This document shows positions 9,259-15,606 of a stretch of 16,047 bases of DNA, piece by piece. The stretch is from Nitrospinota bacterium (GTDB lineage Bacteria > Nitrospinota > Nitrospinia > Nitrospinales > VA-1). Made by a program: the position numbers and the translations under genes. The DNA is taken from contig JAYNIA010000046.1 in the NCBI GenBank assembly GCA_038108555.1, positions 6,047 to 22,093 of the forward strand. Direction: 5' to 3'. The notes beneath the pieces were generated by a model. The model saw nothing but the letters and a program-made list of their open reading frames with translations, was not told the DNA's origin and searched no databases. Position 1 is the stretch's first letter. Every line of letters starts with the position of its first letter.

Positions 9259-12200
9259 CTATTCAAATAGGATTGCGTCTTCGCCAAGCAGGGATTGAAT
9301 TTGTTCGATAACCTCATCGGAAGGTTGAATGCGCAAGTCTTCAGAAACCGTGACCACGCGTTCCTTATTGTCTGGAGATATGAAATGCAATCTTGTATCG
9401 TTGTTTCCTTTATTCGCTGCCAGAATATCTTTCACGGCCAATAGCGTTTCTTTTTCCAATCCCAAAGTACGGAAGTGAATCATCACCCTGCCCTGGAACC
9501 TCTGTTTGGCCTGGATTAAAGGAAAAACTTCCTTGGCGATCACCTTCGGCATATTGCCCTCTGAGTCCACCTCCCCTTTTACAAGGATAGGTTCTTCAGC
9601 AAGTAAAATCGATTCCACTTTTGCATAGATTTCAGGCCATAAAATTACTTCAATGGAGCCATGCAAATCCTCCAAAGTAATGATCCCCATTTTATCTCCC
9701 TTGCGCGTGGTCTTCGGAAGATGTTTGATTGGAATACCCGCGATGCTTACCGTCTTGCTGCTTCCGGATTCCGCAACTGAAGCAGAAGTAGCATCAGTGA
9801 ACCAGGAAAGGTCTTTGGTAAACCGGTCCAAAGGATGGCCGGTGATATAAAATCCGATACTTTCTTTCTCAAATTTCAATCGATCCGCTTCACTCCATTC
9901 TTCTGCAGGAGTTCCATTGCCATTTTCCGGAGCAACATCCTCTTCGAAAGTATCAAACATGCTCGTCTGCCCCAGCGCCCGGTCACGCTGTTTCTTCTGC
10001 CCCTGTTCCATGGAGGCTTGCAGGTCTTTCAACATCTGAGCCCGACTCTGGCCCAGGGAATCGCAAGCCCCACTTTTTATCAGACTTTCAAACACGCGCT
10101 TGTTTGCGAGCTGCAAATCCACGCTCTCACATAGCTGGCTTAAGGAGTTAAATTTTTTCAACTCCTTTCGTGCTTCGATAATATTATCGATGGCCTTGCT
10201 GCCAACATTTTTGATCGCGCCCAGCCCAAACACAAGTTTGTTATCCGAAACCGAGAAATCCCTGTGACTCAAATTCACATCGGGAGGCTGCACAGTAATT
10301 TTCATTTCCCGACAATCGTGGATATAGCGCAAAACCTTGTCGGTATTGTCCATATCACTGGTAATTAACGCCCCAAAAAACTCCAGAGGATAATGTGCTT
10401 TGAGATACGCGGTCTGATAGGAGACCTGGGCATAAGCCGCACTATGTGATTTATTGAAACCATAACCTGCAAATTTTTCCATCAGGTCAAAAATCTTCTC
10501 CGCCTTTTTCAGGTCGATTTTATTGACTTCGGAACCTGCCATAAACTTTTCCCGTTGCGCGGCCATTTCCTCGGGTTTTTTCTTACCCATCGCGCGGCGC
10601 AACAGGTCTGCATCGCCAAGACTGAATCCTGCAAGCACACTGGCAATCTTCATTACCTGTTCCTGATAAAGAATCACGCCCTGAGTTTCTTTTAAAATAT
10701 CCCTTAGTTGCGGCAGGTCAAACTTCAACTCCATCGTTCCATGCTTACGCTTGACATAGTCATCGACCATTCCACTTTCCAGAGGCCCTGGACGATACAT
10801 CGCCAACAAGGCAATGATGTCTTCAAAACAGTCCGGCTTGAGTTTCTTTAAAAGGTCACGCATACCCGAACTTTCCAACTGGAAAACCCCCAACGTTCGC
10901 GCATCGCATAAAAGTTTATAGGTTTCAGGATCGTCCAAGGGAATCATGCTGATGTCGAGGTCTTTCCCCTGGGACTGCTTGATAAGCTTCAACGCGTTGT
11001 GGATCACCGTCAGCGTACGCAAACCAAGAAAATCCATTTTCAGAAGGCCCAGTTTTTCAACACTGCCCATCGCATACTGGGTCACGACTTCGTCATTTCC
11101 TCCCTTATATAGAGGACAAAACTCAGTCAGTGCTTTTGATGAAATCACCACTCCCGCCGCATGGGTGGAACAATGGCGCTGCAATCCTTCAAGACTCTTT
11201 GCAATATCCAGCAACTCCCCTACTTTTTCATTTTCCTTACGCAGACTTGCAAACTGTTTTTCCTCCTTGAACGCATCATCTAAAGTGATGTTCAGCTTGT
11301 TGGGAACCAGTTTTGCGAGCTTGTCCACCTCGCCGTAGGTCATATCGAGGACACGACCCACGTCCCGGATCACCCCTTTGGCGTTCATGCTGCCAAAGGT
11401 GATGATCTGTGTTACGTTCTGGTTGCCACCATACTTTTCCGTTACATATTTGATAACGTCATCGCGTCCATCCATACAAAAGTCGATATCGATATCCGGC
11501 ATGCTCACGCGTTCTGGATTCAAAAACCGCTCAAACAGGAGGTCGTATTGCATCGGGTCAATGTCAGTGATCTTCAAGGCATAGGCAACCACGCTGCCGG
11601 CTGCCGATCCACGTCCCGGTCCCACAGGAATATCTTGTTCCTTTGCGTGCTTGATAAAATCCCATACGATTAAAAAGTAGCCGGGATACCCCATGCGCTG
11701 AATGATCCCCAATTCCTCTTCCAGCCGTTTCTCGTAAATCGACTTATCGAAATCGATGCCCAGCTTTTCCAACTCTTCAAAACGGTCCTGGAGTCCCTTT
11801 CGCGAAATTTCTTCGAGATAAGTTTCGAGGGTATAGGATTCCGGCACCGGGTAGTCAGGAAGATTGAGCTTGTCGAACTCCAATTCCAATTCACACCGCT
11901 CGGCAATTCTCAGAGTATTTTCGATGGCTTCGGGAGTTTCCTTAAACAGCTCCATCATTTCCTGTGGAGATTTGAAATAAAACTCCGGCGCGGGGTACTG
12001 CATTCGGTATGGATCGCTAATGGTTTTTCCTGTCTGCAAACAGAGAAGGATTTCATGGGCACGAAAATCTTCTTTATTTAAATAATGACAGTTGTTTGTC
12101 GCCACGATCGGAATATCGAGCTTTTTGCCAATACCTATGATTTCTTTATTTATGCGATCCTGATTTTCCAATCCATGGTTTTGCAGTTCCAGGAAAAAGT

Positions 12201-12714
12201 TATTCGGACCCATAATTTCCGCATATTGCGCTGCAACTTTCGTAGCACGGGGCACATTCTCACGATTGACATTATGTGCCACCTCCCCACGAATGCAGGA
12301 ACTTAGGGCAATCAATCCTTCTGAATATTCCGACAACAACTCCTTATCAATACGGGGCTTATAATAGAACCCTTCCAGATAACCTTTGGTAATCAACCGA
12401 AGCAGGTTTTTGTATCCCGTTTCATTTTCCGAGAGAAGGATCAGATGGTAAGACGCATCACGCAGATTGTCTTTCGACTTTTTTTCATGTCGGCTTTCCG
12501 GAGCGACATAGACCTCACACCCTAAAATGGGTTTGATCCCGTGTTTTTTAGCTGTGTTGTAAAACTCGACGGCCCCAAACATATTGCCGTGGTCGGTCAT
12601 GGCAACTGCAGGCATCCCAAACTCCACAGCCCTTTTTATGAGGGGTTCGTGACGAATGGAAGAGTCGAGCAGCGAATAGGAAGTATGAAGGTGCAAGTGA
12701 ACAAAGTTGCTCAT
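9259..12714 (-). CDS. dnaE: DNA polymerase III alpha subunit
   Basis: PHP domain FVHLHLHTSYSLLD, GPGRGSAAGS, catalytic PDIDIDF, HAAGVVI, KMDFLGL, YGFNKSH, and a C-terminal OB fold. The start is likely MSNFVHLH at 12714. No intein is evident. Confidence 0.98.
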   Translation of the reverse strand: MSNFVHLHLHTSYSLLDSSIRHEPLIKRAVEFGMPAVAMTDHGNMFGAVEFYNTAKKHGIKPILGCEVYVAPESRHEKKSKDNLRDASYHLILLSENETGYKNLLRLITKGYLEGFYYKPRIDKELLSEYSEGLIALSSCIRGEVAHNVNRENVPRATKVAAQYAEIMGPNNFFLELQNHGLENQDRINKEIIGIGKKLDIPIVATNNCHYLNKEDFRAHEILLCLQTGKTISDPYRMQYPAPEFYFKSPQEMMELFKETPEAIENTLRIAERCELELEFDKLNLPDYPVPESYTLETYLEEISRKGLQDRFEELEKLGIDFDKSIYEKRLEEELGIIQRMGYPGYFLIVWDFIKHAKEQDIPVGPGRGSAAGSVVAYALKITDIDPMQYDLLFERFLNPERVSMPDIDIDFCMDGRDDVIKYVTEKYGGNQNVTQIITFGSMNAKGVIRDVGRVLDMTYGEVDKLAKLVPNKLNITLDDAFKEEKQFASLRKENEKVGELLDIAKSLEGLQRHCSTHAAGVVISSKALTEFCPLYKGGNDEVVTQYAMGSVEKLGLLKMDFLGLRTLTVIHNALKLIKQSQGKDLDISMIPLDDPETYKLLCDARTLGVFQLESSGMRDLLKKLKPDCFEDIIALLAMYRPGPLESGMVDDYVKRKHGTMELKFDLPQLRDILKETQGVILYQEQVMKIASVLAGFSLGDADLLRRAMGKKKPEEMAAQREKFMAGSEVNKIDLKKAEKIFDLMEKFAGYGFNKSHSAAYAQVSYQTAYLKAHYPLEFFGALITSDMDNTDKVLRYIHDCREMKITVQPPDVNLSHRDFSVSDNKLVFGLGAIKNVGSKAIDNIIEARKELKKFNSLSQLCESVDLQLANKRVFESLIKSGACDSLGQSRAQMLKDLQASMEQGQKKQRDRALGQTSMFDTFEEDVAPENGNGTPAEEWSEADRLKFEKESIGFYITGHPLDRFTKDLSWFTDATSASVAESGSSKTVSIAGIPIKHLPKTTRKGDKMGIITLEDLHGSIEVILWPEIYAKVESILLAEEPILVKGEVDSEGNMPKVIAKEVFPLIQAKQRFQGRVMIHFRTLGLEKETLLAVKDILAANKGNNDTRLHFISPDNKERVVTVSEDLRIQPSDEVIEQIQSLLGEDAILFE

Positions 12715-12885
12715 AATGGATTTTATAACCCTTTGCGAACTCCAAATCAACAGGTACCAATAAAGGCCAATAAATCAATACGTCAGAAAATAAGTCGCTC
12801 TTTTTTGCGCCGATAAAGGGTTCCCCGTTTCAAAACCAGATTCAGCAGCTCTTGATCAACATATCTTTTTCTAATTCCAAAAGAG

Positions 12886-12921
12886 GTAAAAAAATTTTTT
12901 AAAAGTTTAAAAAAAAATTAC
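12886..12921. promoter_or_regulatory. Candidate paired upstream activator sites, cassette 1
   Basis: GTAAAAAAATTTTTTA (12886-12901) and TTTAAAAAAAAATTAC (12906-12921). Centres are 20 bp apart, at about -125/-105 from the predicted sigma-54 start, the same positions as in cassette 2. Confidence 0.4.
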
Positions 12922-12991
12922 CCGATCAATTTCCAATCAAAAAAAAACATCATTTTATACGAATAAAAGAAGGATTAAGACACCCAATTTC

Positions 12992-13008
12992 CTGGCATGG
13001 ATTTTGTA
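12992..13008 (+). promoter_or_regulatory. Sigma-54 (RpoN) -24/-12 promoter, cassette 1
   Basis: CTGGCATGGATTTTGTA versus consensus YTGGCACGRNNNTTGCW, with correct spacing and the -12 GC varied to GT. The identical 17-mer recurs in cassette 2 while its flanks diverge. Confidence 0.75.
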
Positions 13009-13068
13009 ATACTAAAACCAATTGGTAGTTTTTTTATTCTTGGTTCTATTTTTGAAAGGAAAAATAAA

Positions 13069-13476
13069 ATGAAAACATATACGGAAGTAAAAAAAATCAC
13101 GGTTTTGGTTGCAATGTTTTTGGCAGGTTTCCTTGTTTTGGCAAACGGAGCCCTTGCTGGCTCTAACCATTTTGAAGAAGAAATGGCAGTGAAAGGAATC
13201 ACAGAAAATGCTGAGCATCGCAGTGGTCTGGGAACGGGCGAAAAAGGATTAACCCACCATCGAACTTTTTCCTCCCCAAAAATGAGATCTAATGTGGATC
13301 ATTTTGTTGAAGAAAGGGCCGCTAAGGGGATCGCAGATAAACCTGAGCATATTCATGGCCTTGGAACGGGTGAAAAGGATGCAGTTCATGGAAACACGGT
13401 CTTTCCATCAACAAGGGACACATACAAAGGCCTTTTTGATGAAGAAAGAATGGTTAAAGGGATACATAAAGATTAA
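13069..13476 (+). CDS. Secreted His-rich protein with 44-aa tandem repeats (135 aa)
   Basis: AAGGA RBS 8 nt before the ATG at 13069; the ORF-track start at 12997 lies inside the promoter. Sec-type signal peptide ending ALA. Repeats begin at 13168, 13300 and 13432. Confidence 0.8.
   Translation: MKTYTEVKKITVLVAMFLAGFLVLANGALAGSNHFEEEMAVKGITENAEHRSGLGTGEKGLTHHRTFSSPKMRSNVDHFVEERAAKGIADKPEHIHGLGTGEKDAVHGNTVFPSTRDTYKGLFDEERMVKGIHKD
13168..13473 (+). repeat. Intragenic 132-nt (44-aa) tandem repeat, about 2.3 units
   Basis: HFEEEMAVKGITENAEHRSGLGTGEK / HFVEERAAKGIADKPEHIHGLGTGEK / LFDEERMVKGIHKD. Units 1 and 2 share 19/44 residues, ungapped. Confidence 0.85.
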
Positions 13477-13496
13477 AGACAACAAAATAAAGAATA

Positions 13497-13550
13497 CACT
13501 TTTAACTTGGATCCTACTCAAATAGAACCAAGGGAAAAGTGAGAGTAGGA
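13497..13550 (+). ncRNA. Conserved structured 3'-UTR element, cassette 1
   Basis: CACTTTT-aa-CTTGG can pair with CCAAG-gg-AAAAGTG, and TCCTACTC with GAGTAGGA. AAATAGAACCAAG (13520-13532) is complementary to the 5' UTR at 13039-13051. The element is conserved in cassette 2. Confidence 0.55.
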
Positions 13551-13553
13551 AGG

Positions 13554-13588
13554 AAAGGCCCCGGATAATTAGCTTCCGGGGCCTTTTT
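13554..13588 (+). terminator. Rho-independent terminator, cassette 1
   Basis: AAAGGCCCCGGA-taattagct-TCCGGGGCCTTTTT, followed by further T's. Confidence 0.92.
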
Positions 13589-13702
13589 AGTTTTTTGCAT
13601 AACCTCTTACCAACATCCACAAACAGATTAACAATTTTTAATTTTCCCTTTCTAGTTGTTCAACCTTAAAAAGTTAACCGCAAGAAAGACAGTGCAGAAA
13701 TT

Positions 13703-13739
13703 AGAAAAATATTTTTCAACAAGTAAAATTTTTTTTACA
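13703..13739. promoter_or_regulatory. Candidate paired upstream activator sites, cassette 2
   Basis: Perfect palindrome GAAAAATATTTTTC (13704-13717) and AGTAAA-N6-TTTACA (13722-13739). Centres are 20 bp apart, at about -126/-106. Confidence 0.5.
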
Positions 13740-13809
13740 ACCTTCCTACTCCCCCTCCCTGAAATATCAATTTTAAGCCAAATAAAGCAGGGTTGAGGCG
13801 GAAAAAAGT

Positions 13810-13826
13810 CTGGCATGGATTTTGTA
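13810..13826 (+). promoter_or_regulatory. Sigma-54 (RpoN) -24/-12 promoter, cassette 2
   Basis: CTGGCATGGATTTTGTA, identical to 12992-13008. Confidence 0.75.
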
Positions 13827-13891
13827 CTACTGTTAGGCAATAGGTAATTAATAAATTTATTCTTGGTTCTATTTTTGAAAGGAAAAATAAA

Positions 13892-14026
13892 ATGAAAACA
13901 TATAGCGAAGTAAACAAAATCACAGTTTTGGTGGCAATGTTTTTTGCAGGATTCCTGGCTTTTTCAAATGCGGCAATGGCAAATCCAGGGTTATTTGTTG
14001 AAGAAATGGCAGTAAAGGGAATCTAA
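13892..14026 (+). CDS. 44-aa small protein MKTYSEVNKITVLVAMFFAGFLAFSNAAMA-NPGLFVEEMAVKGI (signal peptide plus 14-aa mature peptide)
   Basis: Absent from the ORF track. Same RBS as cassette 1. 31/44 aa identical, ungapped, to the N-terminus of 13069-13476, with 9 synonymous codon differences. Tandem TAA TAA stops. Confidence 0.75.
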   Translation: MKTYSEVNKITVLVAMFFAGFLAFSNAAMANPGLFVEEMAVKGI

Positions 14027-14052
14027 TAAAATTCCCAACAAGAGAAAAAATA

Positions 14053-14104
14053 CGCTTTGAACTTGGACCTGCTCTAATAGAACCAAGTTAAAAGTGAGAG
14101 TAGG
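14053..14104 (+). ncRNA. Conserved structured 3'-UTR element, cassette 2
   Basis: CGCTTT-g-AACTTGG can pair with CCAAGTT-a-AAAGTG, and CCTGCTCT with AGAGTAGG. AATAGAACCAAG (14076-14087) is complementary to the 5' UTR at 13862-13873. Confidence 0.55.
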
Positions 14105-14107
14105 ACG

Positions 14108-14139
14108 AGGCCCCGGAGAGTGAACTTCCGGGGCCTTTT
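14108..14139 (+). terminator. Rho-independent terminator, cassette 2
   Basis: AGGCCCCGGA-gagtgaact-TCCGGGGCCTTTT. Same stem as cassette 1 with a diverged loop. Confidence 0.92.
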
Positions 14140-14397
14140 GATTTTTGGAATAACTCTGATTTCACCCTGCCTTTAATGATTAAATTTCTTTAATGAAACC
14201 ACCTTATAAACCAATTCAACAAAGATTATTTTTTGTATCTTTTCCTCAAATAAATGATCTAATAATTAAAACAGGGAATCAATTCAACCTGGGGCAAAGA
14301 AAATGGCCACCCAAAAAAATGTAAGGAAACCTACCAACGAGTTGTCTGAAAATCACTTTGATGACAAGCCCTTTCTTTAAAAGATGAAAGTGGTCTA

Positions 14398-15387
14398 TTG
14401 GTCAACGACCAATTCGTAAGCGAAGGCCCCAAAATAAAAAAAATCAAGGACAAGATCCATCTGGTGGCAGATACCGATGTTGCCATTCTCATTCAGGGAG
14501 AAACCGGGACAGGGAAAGAATTGATCGCCCAGGTGATCCACGATAACAGTGAAAGAAGAAATGAAAACTTCGTGAAAGTAAATTGTCCCGCCATCCCCCG
14601 AGAACTTTTTGAAAGTGAGTTTTTTCGCCATATCCGTGGCTCTTTCAGTGGGGCCGTCAGCGACCGGGTCGGAAGGTTCCAACTGGCGGACCAAGGCACC
14701 CTGTTTCTGGACGAAATCACAGAAATCCCCCTGGACCTCCAAAGCAAACTGTTGCGCGTATTACAGGAAGGACAGTTTGAAAGGGTTGGAGAAAGTGAAA
14801 CCCGATTTATCGATGTCCGGGTCATCTCTGCAACCAACCGGGACCTAAAAAAAGAGGTCGAAGCCGGACGTTTCCGGGAAGACCTTTTTTACCGGCTGAA
14901 TGTTTTCCATTTAAACATCCCACCCCTGAGAGAACGATTGGTGGATATTGATCTTCTTTTTGACTACTACCTGAGGGTTTTCTGTGAAAAATATAAAGTT
15001 CCGATTATTACTCCCACTTCCTCGGATCGAAAAAAATTGAAAAGCTATTCCTGGCCGGGAAACGTGAGAGAACTGAAAAACATGCTGGAACGCGCTGTCA
15101 TTCTGTGCCGGAAAGATCCCGACAATTTCACCCAGGTCCTGGATGATCTCATGGGAAACATGGAACAGGAATTTCCCCAGTTCACAGATTCAGAAAAAAT
15201 CGTTGTCTCGAAGGAAAGCGACCTACAGGATTTGAACAAGGAAAACATTCTGAAAGCTCTCAGTGCGACAAACTGGAAAATATCCGGGGATCGGAGTGCA
15301 GCCCAGTTGCTGGGGGTAAAAGAAAGTACTTTGTGGAAACGAATCAATAAGCTGGGACTGAAAAAACCAAAAAATGTAGATATTTAA
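14398..15387 (+). CDS. Sigma-54-dependent Fis-family transcriptional activator (bEBP), AAA+ plus HTH, no N-terminal sensor domain
   Basis: Walker A GETGTGKE, ESEFFRHIRGSFSGA (GAFTGA variant), Walker B LFLDEI, LQSKLLRVLQ, FREDLFYRL, WPGNVREL, and a C-terminal HTH AAQLLGVKESTLWKRINKLG. The start is uncertain (in-frame TGA at 14362). Confidence 0.92.
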   Translation: MVNDQFVSEGPKIKKIKDKIHLVADTDVAILIQGETGTGKELIAQVIHDNSERRNENFVKVNCPAIPRELFESEFFRHIRGSFSGAVSDRVGRFQLADQGTLFLDEITEIPLDLQSKLLRVLQEGQFERVGESETRFIDVRVISATNRDLKKEVEAGRFREDLFYRLNVFHLNIPPLRERLVDIDLLFDYYLRVFCEKYKVPIITPTSSDRKKLKSYSWPGNVRELKNMLERAVILCRKDPDNFTQVLDDLMGNMEQEFPQFTDSEKIVVSKESDLQDLNKENILKALSATNWKISGDRSAAQLLGVKESTLWKRINKLGLKKPKNVDI

Positions 15388-15396
15388 TTCAGGGAT

Positions 15397-15606
15397 CTAC
15401 TGTTCCATCAAATCTTTGCCGAAAATCTCTTCGGGGGTCTTACCTTTCCAACGGGATAAAATCTTCTCATCGATGTTGAAGACATTGATCATTTCCTTCA
15501 ACACAACATCCTGGTTTTCCCGATCCTTACCGGGCAACTCATCAAGCCGGGCTTTTAAAATCGGATAACGCTTTTTAAAAATTTTCTTTTTTAAACGTTT
15601 TCTCAT
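15397..15606 (-). CDS. Small basic hypothetical protein (69 aa)
   Basis: ATG-initiated ORF ending 9 nt from the convergent bEBP stop, not overlapping another gene, with protein-like composition. Weak RBS. Confidence 0.5.
   Translation of the reverse strand: MRKRLKKKIFKKRYPILKARLDELPGKDRENQDVVLKEMINVFNIDEKILSRWKGKTPEEIFGKDLMEQ

Larger units (their letters stand above)
13810..14139 (+). repeat. Paralogous copy of the 12992-13588 transcription unit, with a single motif unit
   Basis: Shared promoter, 49-nt identical block (13856-13904 = 13033-13081), homologous ORF, 3' element and terminator stem. Confidence 0.9.

Noticed and set aside
9259..12714. Intein or split dnaE
   Set aside because: The ORF is continuous, of normal length (about 1151 aa), with an uninterrupted YGFNKSH region.
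326..12816. Numerous 60-150 aa ORFs antisense or out of frame within mutM, ilvD, the M16 peptidase, dnaE and others
   Set aside because: They are nested in well-supported genes and show no recognisable motifs, as expected for shadow ORFs.
12997..13068. N-terminal extension of the repeat protein given in the ORF track (MDFVILKP...)
   Set aside because: That ATG lies inside the -24/-12 promoter, the equivalent frame is not preserved in cassette 2, and the RBS and signal peptide point to 13069.
12975..13923. Minus-strand ORFs 12975-13202 and 13735-13923 sharing YVFILFFLSKIEPRI
   Set aside because: They are shadows of the duplicated + strand leader and ORF. The silent changes fall at third positions of the + strand frame.
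12992..14139. CRISPR array or IS/MITE explanation for the repeats
   Set aside because: There are only two long paralogous units, no regular repeat-spacer pattern, no cas or transposase genes, and no target-site duplications seen.
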